Shown here piece by piece: positions 31,027-42,265 of a DNA stretch of 64,000 bases (position 1 is its first letter; every line of letters starts with the position of its first letter). The notes beneath the pieces were generated by a model, which was not told the origin of the DNA, did no database searches, and saw only the letters and a program-made list of their open reading frames with translations. Source of the DNA: an uncultured delta proteobacterium. Its GTDB lineage: Bacteria > Desulfobacterota > RBG-13-43-22. The position numbers were made by a program, and so were the translations under genes. Location: positions 32,001 to 96,000 of the forward strand of contig CAVUPH010000033.1 of assembly GCA_963743305.1 (NCBI GenBank), read 5' to 3'.

Positions 31027-32952
31027 TTTTTCTTACTCTCCCGGACTATCGTTCGCGCTTCTTCGGGAACAGGAGGCGGCACCGGCTCGCCGGAAATCTT
31101 GTTCACCGAGCGAAAGCGAGGGGGGCAGACTTCAAAACAGGTTCCGCATTTGGTGCACTTCTCCTGGTCAATGACATGGATCCGGTTCTTGCCCCCTTCA
31201 ATCGCTCCGGCCGGGCACTTCTTCAGACAGATCATACAGGCCTGGCACTTCGCCGGGTCTATATGGTAGGCAATCAGCTCCTTGCAGGACAAGGCCGGGC
31301 ATCTTTTCTCCTTGATGTGGGCCTCATACTCATCCCGGAAGTAGCGTAACGTGCTTAGAAACGGGTTCGGAGCGCTCTTGCCCAAAGCACAGAGGGCGGC
31401 TTCATTCGCCGTCTCGGACAGCTCTTCCAGAAGCTCGATGTCACCCTCTTGGCCTTTCCCCTGGGTGATATTCGTGAGAATCTTCAGCATCTGCCGCAAG
31501 CCTTCACGGCAGGGCACACATTTGCCGCAGGATTCATCGGTGAGGAAGTTCATGAAGTACCTGGAAACATCCACCATGCAGGTATTTTCATCCATCACAA
31601 TCATCCCACCGGACCCCATCATGGAACCGACCTGGGTGAGCTCATCAAAACCGACCGGCAGATCCAATAATTCTTCCGGGATGCAGCCGCCCGACGGTCC
31701 CCCGGTTTGTACGGCCTTGAAGCGCTTGCCGCCCGGGATGCCGCCGCCTATCTTGAAGATAATATCCCGCAGGGGCGTGCCCATGGGTACTTCCACCAGG
31801 CCGGTATTAGTGATCTTGCCGACCACGGAGAAGATCTTCGTGCCCTTGCTGGTCTCCGTACCATATTGGGTAAACCAGTCCGCCCCTTTATCGATGATCA
31901 AGGGCACATTGGCCCAGGTCTCCACATTGTTCAAAACGCTGGGTTTACCCCAGAGGCCCACGATATTGGAGCGGATATATTTCGGTCGGGGCTCTCCGGC
32001 CCGGCCTTCCAGGGCCGTCATCAAGGCCGTTGATTCACCACAGACAAAGGCGCCCGCCCCCTGGTGGACGATCACTTCGAAATCAAAGCCCGATGCCCAG
32101 GATGTTCCGGCCCAGCAGGCCGTACTCCTCCGCCTGCCGGATGGCGAGAAACACGTTTTCCACGGCTAAAGGGTATTCCTGTCGAACGTAGATATAGCCC
32201 TCGTGGGCGCCGACGGCATAGGCCCCGATGGTCAACCCCTCGAGGACGGCGTGAGGGTTCCCCTCGAGCAGGCTCCGGTCCATATAGGCTCCCGGGTCCC
32301 CCTCGTCGGCATTGACGATGACATATTTGATCTCCTCCGGGGCATTGCGGGACCCTTCCCACTTGCGGCCGGCAGGAAAGCCGCCGCCCCCCCTCCCTCG
32401 CAGGTTGGCTTTCTTGACTTCCTGCAACACCTGATCGGAGGTCATTCCGGAAAGGGCTTTGGCCAAGGCGGAATAACCGCCAATAGCCAGGTAGTCATCG
32501 ATATTCTTGGGATCCACACTGCCGTTGGAACCGAAGACCAGCCGCGTTTGGTACTTGTAGAAGGGGATATCCCGTTCATGAACGATCTTCTCCTGGGTGT
32601 TGGGGTCGGTATAGAGCAGACGTTCGACGACCTTCTTTTCTTTGATCGTCTGGGAGAGGATCTCCGGGACATCCTCCGGTTTTATCTGGAAATAACAGAT
32701 TTCTTCGGGATGGATAACGATAATGGGACCCCGCTCACAAAAACCGTGACAGCCGGTCTTCCGGAGGTCGACCGCAGCGCCTAAACCTTGTTTCTCAATC
32801 TCTTCTTCGATACGCGCCGCGACTTCCCGACTGCCGGTAGCATGGCAAGCCGATCCGGAACAGAGGGTGATGCACGGTTTTTGAGGGTCTCGGGTCGAAA
32901 GGATTTCCTTCCGCAGTGCTTCCAACTCAGCGGGTGAATTTATCCGCGCCAT
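31023..32952 (-). CDS. bamH: Class II benzoyl-CoA reductase subunit BamH (NuoF-like); +1 frameshift at about 32094
   Basis: LRGRGGGGFP, NADEGDPGAYMDR, GAGAFVCGE, ESCGKC.PCREG; deleting one base restores NILGSGFDFEVIVHQG (642 aa). Confidence 0.9.
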
Positions 32953-32961
32953 AATTCTTCC

Positions 32962-33414
32962 TTACTCATAGGTTTTCAACACGTTGGCGGCCTCGGCCGG
33001 CGCCATCTTCCCGTGGGTTTTCCCATCGATTTCCATCACCGGCCCCAACGCACAGCAGCCGAGGCAGTTGACGGTCTGCAGGCTGAACTTCAAATCCAGG
33101 TCCGATTCCCCGGGGTGAATACCGGTCAGGTCCTGCACCGTATCGAGAACCCGCTGCGCCCCACGGACATGACAGGCCGTCCCCACACAAATGTGAATTT
33201 CATGGCGTCCTTTCGGGACCAGGCTGAAGGCCTTATAAAAGGTGGCGATATGCTGGATGCGGGTCATGGGAACCTGCAGCCGCTCGGCGACCCGCTCCAG
33301 GGCTTCCCGGGGGAGCCAATGTTTTTCGGCCTGAATCTCCAACAGTACTTGAATGAGCGAACTGGGCTCACCGTGATGTTTATCGATGATTTGATCGATT
33401 CTTTCGTTATCCAT
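32962..33414 (-). CDS. bamG: Class II benzoyl-CoA reductase subunit BamG (NuoE-like 2Fe-2S)
   Basis: ATFY, CVGTACHVRG, CLGCCALGP. Confidence 0.9.
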   Translation of the reverse strand: MDNERIDQIIDKHHGEPSSLIQVLLEIQAEKHWLPREALERVAERLQVPMTRIQHIATFYKAFSLVPKGRHEIHICVGTACHVRGAQRVLDTVQDLTGIHPGESDLDLKFSLQTVNCLGCCALGPVMEIDGKTHGKMAPAEAANVLKTYE

Positions 33415-33468
33415 AGCCTCTGTTCCTGATCTCTCTCTTACTCCTAACGCTACGCTCTTTTTTTCACC

Positions 33469-34236
33469 TCAGGCGAGCGCATAGCGCTTCAGGGTTTCAT
33501 CATACCGCACCAGTCGATGTTTGGAGGAAATCCCCAAGTGTTTGGATACTTCAGACGGGGTGAGACCGACACCCTGGGCGATTTCTCCGGTGGTGAGGGG
33601 CCCTTTTCGCAGCAGCGACACAATCTGGCCTATGGCCAATTTTTCGATAATCGTCTCATCAAATATCCGTTTCAGCTCGTCGCTGTCAAAGAACTTCTGG
33701 TACGCCTCTTCCGCCAGGGCCGGCAACCTCAGCCGCTCCCTTTCCACCAGTCTAATGTAAGGGATGAGTTCGGTCACCACCCCCAGCTTGAGCTGCAATC
33801 CTTTGGCCTCCAGGCCTTCGCCTGCGCCCAGTGGCCCCAAGGTCTTAACCTGTTTGACGAATTCATTGACAGAATCCACAAAGAGGCCTCCCTCGGCCCC
33901 GGACATAAATTGGATCTTGACCCTTTCCGGGCTCAGCCCGATATGCTCCAGGATCTTCTTGCAGATATGCACCATGGTCAAGGCATGGAAGTTCCCATGG
34001 GTAATGTAGTTGCATTCATTGAGATGGCAGGCACCGATAAAGACCCCATCCGCGCCCTTGGAGAAAGCCCGGAAGACATGGGCCAGGTCGATCCTGCCGG
34101 AACACATGACGCGAATAAGCCTCATTTCGGTGGTATATTGCTGTCTGGAAACTCCAGCCAGGTCCGCGGCGCCGTAGGCTCACCAATGGCAGACAAAACC
34201 CAATACTTTTGGCTTAAATCTAGGTCCGGCACTCAT
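33469..34236 (-). CDS. bamF: BamF (MvhD/FlpD-like) selenoprotein, Sec at codon 19, with C-terminal HTH-like extension
   Basis: MSAGPRFKPKVLGFVCHW-TGA-AYGAADLAG continues in frame into RVMCSGR; the TGA (34180-34182) sits at the conserved C-x-W-C position. Confidence 0.92.
34141..34161 (-). promoter_or_regulatory. Bacterial SECIS hairpin of bamF
   Basis: CTG-G-CTGGA-GTT-TCCAG-A-CAG starting 18 nt after the UGA. Confidence 0.75.
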
Positions 34237-34277
34237 TCGTTCCACCCTCCGTTCCGGCTTCAGTCCCGCACAGGCTT

Positions 34278-37200
34278 CTAGGCATTTACAGCCGCCGCCA
34301 TAGGTTCTATGATCGTTTCATCGGAAATCGCCGCGTCAATTTCGCTCAAGATCTCTTCGTCGGTAAAGTGCTTTAGAAAAATGGCGCTGGTGGCGCACTT
34401 GGTGTTGCAGAGGCCGTCTCCTTTGCAGAGGACCGGGTTCACCTTGGCCTTTCGGCCCCGCGGCGTCTCGTAAAACTCAATGGCGCCGTACGTGCAGGCC
34501 GTAATGCAGGCCCCGCAGGAAACACACTTCTCCTCATTCACCTCGCAGACGGCGCCGGAAGCGACGACGGTCTCATGGGAGAGGAGCGTTAAGACCCGGC
34601 CGGCGGCTCCATAAGATTGGTTGATTGTTTCCGGAATAAACTTGGGATAATGGGCCAAACCGCAGAGGTAGACGCCGTCCGTGGCAAACTCCACCGGTCT
34701 CAATTTGACATGGGCTTCTTTGAAGAAGCCGTCCGGACTCAAGGTTACCTTGAAGAATCCGGCAATTTCTTTGGTGCTGGCGGAGGGAATAACCGCGGCC
34801 GCCAGGGCCAGGATATCGGCCTCCAGTTCCAGCTTCTTGCCCAAGATGGAATCGGTCTGGGTAACTTTGAGAACGGGACGACCGTCCTCCGAGGTCCCCG
34901 CTTCTACCTGAGGCGCGTCCTGCGGCTCGTAGCGGATAAACTTGACGTCTTTATTCGAGGCTTCCCGGTAATAATCTTCTTTAAAGCCATAGGTCCTCAT
35001 ATCCCTGAAAAGTATGGTGATATCCATCCGCGGGTTGAGCTCTTTCAGTTTCAAGGCATGCTTGACGGACTGGCTGCAACAAATCCGGCTGCAATAATTC
35101 CGGTCTTGATTTCGGCAGCCGATGCATTGGATCATCACCAGACTCCGGGAGTTAATCACCCGTTCATCGCCTAGAGCGATCCGCCCTTCCAGCTCCAGGT
35201 GGGTCAGAACCCGGTCATCTTCTCCATACAAGTATTCCGTCGGTCGGTAAACCTCGGCCCCGGTGGCGATGACGGCGGCGCCATGTCGTATCTCGCTGAC
35301 CCCTCGGTCGGATTTCACTTTGGTGACGAAACTCCCGATATATCCGGTCGCTTCGGTGATGGTCGCCTCGGTATAGACATGGATCAAGGGGTGCCGATAC
35401 ACCCGACTCACCAGATCACGCACCTGGGCCTGGACGTCCAGGCCTTCCAGGGTATAATGGATTTTTCGGGCGATCCCCCCCAAATCGGTTTCCTTTTCCA
35501 CCAGATGCACCTCGTGCCCCTGGTCGGCAATGGAAAGCGCACAAGTCAGGCCGGCCAGACCCCCGCCGACTACCAAGGCCGCCTTGTTGACCGGCAGATC
35601 AAATTCTTGCAGCGGCTCCAGGTGACAGGCGCGGGCCACCGACATGCGGATGATATCTTTGGCTTTCTGAGTGGCTTCTTCCTTTTCCTTCGAGTGAACC
35701 CAGGAGTTATGCTCTCGGATATTCGCCATGTCTAAGTAATATTGATTGATTCCCGCCTCCCGCAGGGTGTCCCGGAATAACGGTTCCAGGGTTCGGGGGG
35801 AGCAGGCAGCGACAATGACGCGATTGAGCCCTTTTTCCCGGGTCATGTCCGTTATTTCTTTGGCCGAATTCGTCGCACAGGAAAAAACCTGATTCTGAGC
35901 GTGAACCACATTGGGCAGGGATTTGCAGTACTCGACCGTGTCGGGAACATTCACCACGGAGGAGATATTCGCCCCGCAATGACAGACAAAGACCCCGATC
36001 CGCGGCTCCTCTTGGGAAACATCCCTTTCCGGGGGATAGATTCTTTCCCGGGTCAACTTCCCGCGCCGGTAGTTCAGGAATTGGCCGCATTGGGAGCCGG
36101 CTCCACTGGCACTGAAAACCGCCTCCGGGATATCGACCGGCCCCTGGAGGGCGCCGCTGACAAAGATCCCGGGCCTGTTGGTCACCAGAGGATTGACCGG
36201 ATCGAGCTTGCAAAAATTGTGGTGATTGAGTTCGATGCCGAATTTCTTGGCCAACCCCGATACCTCCGCCGGAGGATTCAATCCGACGGATAGCACCACC
36301 ATATCGAATTCTTCCTCTTGGACGCCGTCTTCGGGGGTGGCATACCGCAGGGTGACATTCTTGGATTCCGGGATCTCTTTTCCTATAGATACATAGCTTC
36401 TGATAAAGCGAACCCCGGGGAGGTTCTCGGCCCTTTGGTAGTAGCGTTCGAAATCCTTCCCGAAGGAACGAATATCGTTATGGAATATGGTACATTCGGC
36501 CTCCGGGTGATGATCCTTGGTCAAAATCACCTGTTTCTGGGTATAGGTGCAACAGACGGCGGAACAATAGCTGTTACCGCCCGGAGGGTTGATCTGTCTG
36601 GAACCGACGCATTGGATCCAGGCGATTTTACGGGGATGCTTCAGGTCGGAAGCGCGCAGTATCTCACCAGCGTAGGCCCCGGTGGAGGATAAGAGCCGTT
36701 CATAGTCCATACTGGTCACCACGTTTTGGAACTCTCCGTAGTGATAGTCTCCCCGTACCTTAGGGTCAAAGGGCTCGAGGCCGAGGGAGAGAAGGATCGC
36801 CCCGACCTTTAGCTCGAGCTTCTCCGGCACTTGATGGAAGTCGATGGCCTTATTTTCGCAAACGCCTTCGCAGATACGACATTTCTTCTCCTTCAGGTAA
36901 AGACAGCTTTCGTCGATATAGGAGACCAGGGGGATGGCCTGCGAAAAGTAGATATGGACGGCTTTATTCTCCGAAATCTCCTGATTAAATGGATCGGGAT
37001 ACAAAACCGGGCAGTATTTCACGCAGGTGGTACAACCCGTGCAGAGGTCCTCTTTGATATATCGGGGTTTTCTGGTCAGGGAGACCGTAAAATCTCCCGC
37101 TTCTCCTTCGATACCATTTACTTCAGTATACGTCAGGACTTCGATGTTGGGATGCCGGCCGACCTCGACCAGTTTGGGTGACAGGATTCACATGGAGCAG

Positions 37201-37403
37201 TCATTGGTGGGAAAGGTCTTGTCCAATTGGGCCATGTGGCCCCCGATGCTCGGTGCCTTCTCAACCAGGTAGACCCTAAAACCCGCCGTGGCCAGATCGA
37301 GTGAGGCTTGAATACCGCTGATCCCGCCACCGACTACCAGGACGTCGCCGAATGTACCGGCGTCGAGACTATTCGCATGCTGTTCCATCTGTTCTTTTTC
37401 CAC
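34278..37403 (-). CDS. bamE: BamE (HdrA-like flavo-Fe-S protein) selenoprotein, Sec at codon 72
   Basis: [30 protein letters not shown] joins the 71-aa and 914-aa ORFs in one frame (1041 aa); HdrA motifs CSAVCC, FVCHCG, ACSPRT. Confidence 0.93.
37155..37172 (-). promoter_or_regulatory. Bacterial SECIS hairpin of bamE
   Basis: CTGGTCG-AGGT-CGGCCGG starting 15 nt after the UGA; G-containing apical loop. Confidence 0.75.
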
Positions 37404-37447
37404 TTCTTTTTCCTTCTTCAGGTTTCTCGGGTTAATTTTCGGGTTAC

Positions 37448-38599
37448 TTATATGGTTTCCTGAATAATTTCCGTGAGATCCTTCACCTCGAGGCGTTCGC
37501 TAAGCTCCAGAGTCAACCGGCTGTCTTCGAACATGGTAATGCAGTAGGGGCAGGCCGTCACCAGCACCTCGGCCCCAACCCCCAGGGCCTGTTCCAGGCG
37601 GAGTTCGGAAAATCGTTCGCCCTTGGGCGTCTCCATCCAGATCCGGCCGCCGCCTCCTCCGCAACAGAGGCTGTCAACCCGTGAATCCGGCAGTTCCATC
37701 AGCTCCAACCCGGGGATTTTCTTTAAGGCCTCCCGGGGCTCGTCAAATATACCATTATGGCGACCCAGGTAGCAGGGGTCATGATACGCTACTTTTTTCC
37801 CATATTCCTTTTTGATCTCCAACCTCCCTGCCTGAAGCAGCTCGAATAAATACTGGGAGATATGCATGATCTCAAAATTCACCTGGAATTCCGGATACTC
37901 ATTCTTGAAGGTATGGTAGCAATGGGGGGAGGAAACCAGGATTTTTTTCACCCCATGATCGATGAAGGTTTTGATGTTTTCCCGGGCCAGGCGTTTGAAT
38001 AATTCCTCATCGCCCGCCTTGCGGATGCTCTCTCCGCAGCAATTTTCCTTCGTACCCAGTATCCCGAAGTCCACCCCGGCTTGATTGAGGAGAGCGGCTG
38101 TGGCCCGGGCCACCTTTTTTAACCTGGGATCATAGCTGAGGTAACAACCGGGGAAATATAAAATTTCCATCCCCTCGGTGAAGGGCTTGACCGACAGACC
38201 TTCCGCCCACTTGGCTCGGTCTTTTCGCGCTTCAGTCAAGGGGTTCCCTTCGTCAATGAGGCTGGCGCTGGCGGTACGCACCGGCTTGACGGCCTTCGGA
38301 AAAACTTGGTATTCTGTGGCAATCCGGCGCAGGGCGATCCCGGATTGTATCTGTTGGACGTCTCGGGGACACCGCTGCGGGCAACGGCCGCAGGTCGTAC
38401 AGCGCCAGATTTCTTCACTTTCTATGTCCGTCAAACCGAACGTGGCCTCCCGAACGATCTTGCGTATACTGAAGTTTCTGACCCGGTTCCAGGGACAAAC
38501 CGTATCGCATAATCCGCATTGATAGCATCGCTTGAAGGCGTCTCCACCGCTCGCCTTGATGACTTCTATGATCTCTTGATAGGGGGCTACAGTCTCCAC
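37448..38599 (-). CDS. bamD: BamD (HdrD-like, CCG-domain Fe-S protein)
   Basis: [43 protein letters not shown]. Confidence 0.92.
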   Translation of the reverse strand: METVAPYQEIIEVIKASGGDAFKRCYQCGLCDTVCPWNRVRNFSIRKIVREATFGLTDIESEEIWRCTTCGRCPQRCPRDVQQIQSGIALRRIATEYQVFPKAVKPVRTASASLIDEGNPLTEARKDRAKWAEGLSVKPFTEGMEILYFPGCYLSYDPRLKKVARATAALLNQAGVDFGILGTKENCCGESIRKAGDEELFKRLARENIKTFIDHGVKKILVSSPHCYHTFKNEYPEFQVNFEIMHISQYLFELLQAGRLEIKKEYGKKVAYHDPCYLGRHNGIFDEPREALKKIPGLELMELPDSRVDSLCCGGGGGRIWMETPKGERFSELRLEQALGVGAEVLVTACPYCITMFEDSRLTLELSERLEVKDLTEIIQETI

Positions 38600-38720
38600 G
38601 GTCTCTCTCAGTCCTTTTCCCGGGGCATAAGGGGATGTTTACCCTTTCTAATCCGAAAACGGTTTTCTAAATCGTTACCCGGCGGGCTATTAATTTCAGC
38701 CAAAAATTGAAAAGTTTCGG

Positions 38721-39272
38721 CTAGCCCTTCTTGGACACGGACATCCGGGCCGCAGTGTCCAGAACCTTCTCCAGGCCATATTTGTCCACCAATGATTCCA
38801 ACCCGATTTCCACGTCCTCTGCCTTCACCTCTTCTTCGACTTCCTCTTCCCTTTCTTCGTACGACAGGGCATTCACCAGGCACCACTTGACGCACAAGGG
38901 CTCCTTCTCGCCTTCACACATATCGCATTTCAGCGGAAGACCGGAATCGGGTTCCTTGAAAAGATCCCGGGAGGGGCAGGAAGAGCGGCAAAAAGCACAT
39001 TCGTCGTATTCCTTGCCGTCAATCACATATTTGTCCCGCCCCATACACTCGGCTTTAGCATTTTCGCCGGCGTAAACGGGAACATAAACGTCTTTCAGCG
39101 GTTCACGGATCACTCGAATACGGGACCTGGCCGGATTATTGCTACTATATTGGGGTGCCGCGTGAAAGGCGGAGCAGGCGACCTCGCAGGCTCGGCAACC
39201 GTTGCATTTATCCACATCGACCTTTATCGTTTTAACTATTTTCTTTTTCTTCTCACCCATGACGATACCCAC
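38721..39272 (-). CDS. bamC: BamC ferredoxin-like subunit
   Basis: CNGCRACEVACSAFH..P.YSSNNPARSRI, CAFCRSSCPSR, CDMC; start may be ATG 39260. Confidence 0.92.
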   Translation of the reverse strand: MGIVMGEKKKKIVKTIKVDVDKCNGCRACEVACSAFHAAPQYSSNNPARSRIRVIREPLKDVYVPVYAGENAKAECMGRDKYVIDGKEYDECAFCRSSCPSRDLFKEPDSGLPLKCDMCEGEKEPLCVKWCLVNALSYEEREEEVEEEVKAEDVEIGLESLVDKYGLEKVLDTAARMSVSKKG

Positions 39273-39297
39273 CTCTTCACTTTATTTCTCCAGCCAT

Positions 39298-41290
39298 TTA
39301 CGCCGAAGCCGCTTCAGATGGAGTCCCTTCGTTTTCCGTGTAGATCCCTCTCTTTTCAAAGTCTTCGCTCACGTAATCCAAACCCAATTCATGCAGGGAC
39401 TCTTTCGTGGGAATTCCCTCACTATTCCAACCCTTAAATTGGTAATAGGTATCTAAAAGCTCCTTTTCCAATTCGGGAAATCTTTTTTTCCAATGGTCTT
39501 CCGGCGGCTTATCATCTTTTCTCCTCAGGCCTCTGCGGATATTTATAGCCCTAACCAAAGTCCGGTACCTCTTGGTGGCTTGCGTCAGTTTGTCTTCATC
39601 CATTTCGATCCCGGCACCAGACGAGATAAATTTAGGGTAGTTATGTATATGATAGGGGGGCTTCAGGGGAAAGGATGACAAACCGGCGCACATCCCGAGG
39701 GCGTCATCAATGTAGTGCATCCGTTCCTGCCAATCGACAATGTCACAACACATTTGCACCGTGGGGTAGAAGGGCATGGATTTCTCCCCCCGGGGTTCCC
39801 AATCCAAAAAAATCTGCTTGAACTTTTCGTCCGGAACGTGAAACCAATCCTGGACAAAGGCCTCCCGCTCCTCCCGCGTCGGAAAAGGCGCCTGGGGGAA
39901 CTGCCCTTCAATTTGGGTGATGTTGATCTTTTCGCCGGTGGCATACATGAGGAAATAAATGGGATTGAGCATGGACAGCTTGAGGGGCAGTTGCTCGTGC
40001 TTTTTAATATTATTATGGGCATAGGCTTCCGCGCCCTTGCCGATCTGCCGGGCCGCCCAATAGGTGCCGTTGGCCAACACATCGCCGATCCCGTCCCGCC
40101 GAACGATGCGGTCCAATAACCAGTGAAATCTCCCTTCATTATCGGAAGGCATTCCGGGAAAGTCCTGATCAGTCAAAATGCCGGCTTCATAAAGCTCCAG
40201 GGCGAAGGCCATGACCTGGGGGGCGGAGAAGGCGTCCACCCCATACTCCGTGGCGCTTTGAGCGATACCCAACCCAAACTCCAGATCGGACATGGCCGCC
40301 ATGGTATAGGTAAGTTTCGAGAAGCATTTCATCATGTAGGTGGGCTGTCCCGGGGGCGCAATGGTGGCCCCGCAGGTCATCGGACAGTTGTAGCAACTGA
40401 TCAGCCGTCTCCGCATACTATCCAGGGTCTCCGCCCACTGGCTGGCGATCTCCTCGTTCCAAAAATCTTTGCGGCGGGTGCGGGAATTCCCCCACATGAA
40501 ATTTTCGGTGTGCCATTTTTCATCATGGACTTTCATCTCTTGCGGCGACCCCAGCCCGGCTAAAATGGGCATGACCCCGGGAACCGGATTTTCATTTCGC
40601 CATTTTATGTAGTTCAAAACTTCGTTGCACAGTCCCATGAATTCAGCCGGCCGGGCCACATTGATGTCCCGGGTTCCCCGCACGACTATAGCCTTGACGC
40701 CTTTGTCGCCCATCACGGCGCCTATGCCGCCCCGGCTGGCACTGGATCGGCCCTGCTCGATGGAAGCAAAATAGACCCTGTTTTCACCTGCCAGGCCGAT
40801 AGCCGCCACCTGGGCCTTGGGCTCCTTCAACTCCTGCCGAATTAGTTCCGCCGTTTCCACGGCGCCTTTACCCTTCAAATGAGCGGCATCCCGTATTTCC
40901 ACTTTATCATTGTTTATCCAGATATAGACCAGATGAGGGGACTTGCCGCGCAGGACCACTTTGTCATAACCGGCATACTTCAATTCCGGCGCCCAAAAGC
41001 CCCCCATCATGGAATAGGCCATTAATTGCGTCTGAGGGCGAAATGGTGGAAACGATGGTCCGATTACACCCGGTGGCCGGTGTCCCGCATAAAAGACCGG
41101 CGCCGAAGATCAGAAGATTATCAGGGGAAAAGGGTTCGGTTTCGGGGGGAACCCTATCCCATAAAAGCTTGGCGTTTGTCCCCAGGCCCCCCAGATAAAG
41201 TTCGGTGTCTCTCGGATCGGTTTCTACCCGCTCAATGTTTCCTCGGGATAGATCAATTTCTAAATTAAACCCCGTCTCGGCGTAACGCAT
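39298..41290 (-). CDS. bamB: BamB, tungstopterin active-site subunit of class II benzoyl-CoA reductase (AOR family); +1 frameshift at about 41036
   Basis: MRYAETG.NLEIDL start, GSPQEM.VHDEKWHTENF, MMKCFSK, QIEG; deleting one base restores ISPQTQLMAYSMMGG (663 aa). Confidence 0.93.
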
Positions 41291-41397
41291 TTTTTTCCCC
41301 TTCTAGATTACCTGAACCCGTGATGGAAGTTATTCTTCCGTCAAAATCAAGATCGTGAGTTCAGGGGCTAGTAAGCCTTTAATGTCGGATCAAAAAA

Positions 41398-41865
41398 TTA
41401 CTCTTTCGGTTCCAATTTTTTATATAGATTAATAAAGTTGCTCCGGTTAAACCCGATGGATTTAAAAAAGGAAAGTATATCCACCGCGTCCCAACGGGCG
41501 GCCGTGTAAATCTCATTGATTTTATTTTTTTTAAACAGCTTGAACAAATGGGTAATCAAGGACTGGCCGATGCCGGTCCCCATGTATTTGGGATGAACCC
41601 CGATGATCTTGATCCAGCCGCTCTGGTCCAGGCCAAAGCTATTGGTCATGATTTCGCTGATGATGAAGCCGACCACCTGATCCCCATCCAAAGCCGCCAG
41701 ACTCAGGCTGCTGTCATTCTGAATGGTATCCCCCCATTGGGCAATTTTCTTGGGGCCGATCTTTTTTTTGGTGATAATCTCCTGAATATGTATCACCTGG
41801 GGCAGATCGGCGGTCAATAATTTTCGGAATTTAATCGTTTTCAAGGCCATCTCGCTCTCCATCAA
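41398..41865 (-). CDS. GNAT family N-acetyltransferase-fold protein
   Basis: VVGFII, IGVHPKYMGTGIG acyl-CoA binding loop, FFKSIGF. Confidence 0.9.
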   Translation of the reverse strand: MMESEMALKTIKFRKLLTADLPQVIHIQEIITKKKIGPKKIAQWGDTIQNDSSLSLAALDGDQVVGFIISEIMTNSFGLDQSGWIKIIGVHPKYMGTGIGQSLITHLFKLFKKNKINEIYTAARWDAVDILSFFKSIGFNRSNFINLYKKLEPKE

Positions 41866-42062
41866 TCAATGCGAATGATTTTGACGTGTTTCCCCACCCA
41901 TTCCGGGGGAAGATAAACCCGTCCGCTGTTTCCGCTTTGTTTGACCTCTTTTTCAATCATTTCTTCCCCAAATACTTCAAATTTGGCCTTGAGTGATTTG
42001 CTGGTTTCTTCGATATTCTCAGGGAGTTCTCGGGGATAGTTTTCTCTTTTCAGGGGTACCAT
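41862..42062 (-). CDS. DUF2080 family small protein (AbrB-like, putative DNA-binding)
   Basis: KFEVFGEEMIEKEVKQSGNSGRVYLPPEWVGKHVKIIRID; stop overlaps the GNAT start. Confidence 0.8.
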   Translation of the reverse strand: MVPLKRENYPRELPENIEETSKSLKAKFEVFGEEMIEKEVKQSGNSGRVYLPPEWVGKHVKIIRID

Positions 42063-42200
42063 ATTATTCCCTTATCCGACTAAAAAGTCAAACCCGGTTT
42101 GATGGTGCCAGCAGGTCATAATCCATTGAATTAGTGATAGAAAAATAATAAAATCGCCTCTTCCGTTGAACTCTCAGGAAGGAATATCTATGGCTATAAA

Positions 42201-42254
42201 TTAACTACAATTTAACTATAAAGTAGTTATAGGTATTTTTAAAAAGTTTGTCAA
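42201..42254 (-). promoter_or_regulatory. Sigma70 promoter of the DUF2080-GNAT(-bam) unit with operator-like repeats
   Basis: TTGACA-17 bp-TATAAC; TAACTA-N5-TAGTTA palindrome plus an extra TAGTTAA half-site over the -10/+1 region. Confidence 0.8.
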
Positions 42255-42265
42255 GGGAAAAATAA

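Noticed and set aside
32083-32085. TGA ending the first bamH ORF as a selenocysteine codon
   Set aside because: It is out of frame with the downstream half and not at a Cys position; it results from the +1 insertion.
41311-41365. Structured leader upstream of bamB as a Moco/Wco riboswitch
   Set aside because: An imperfect stem exists, but I cannot match the conserved riboswitch motifs; it needs an Infernal search.
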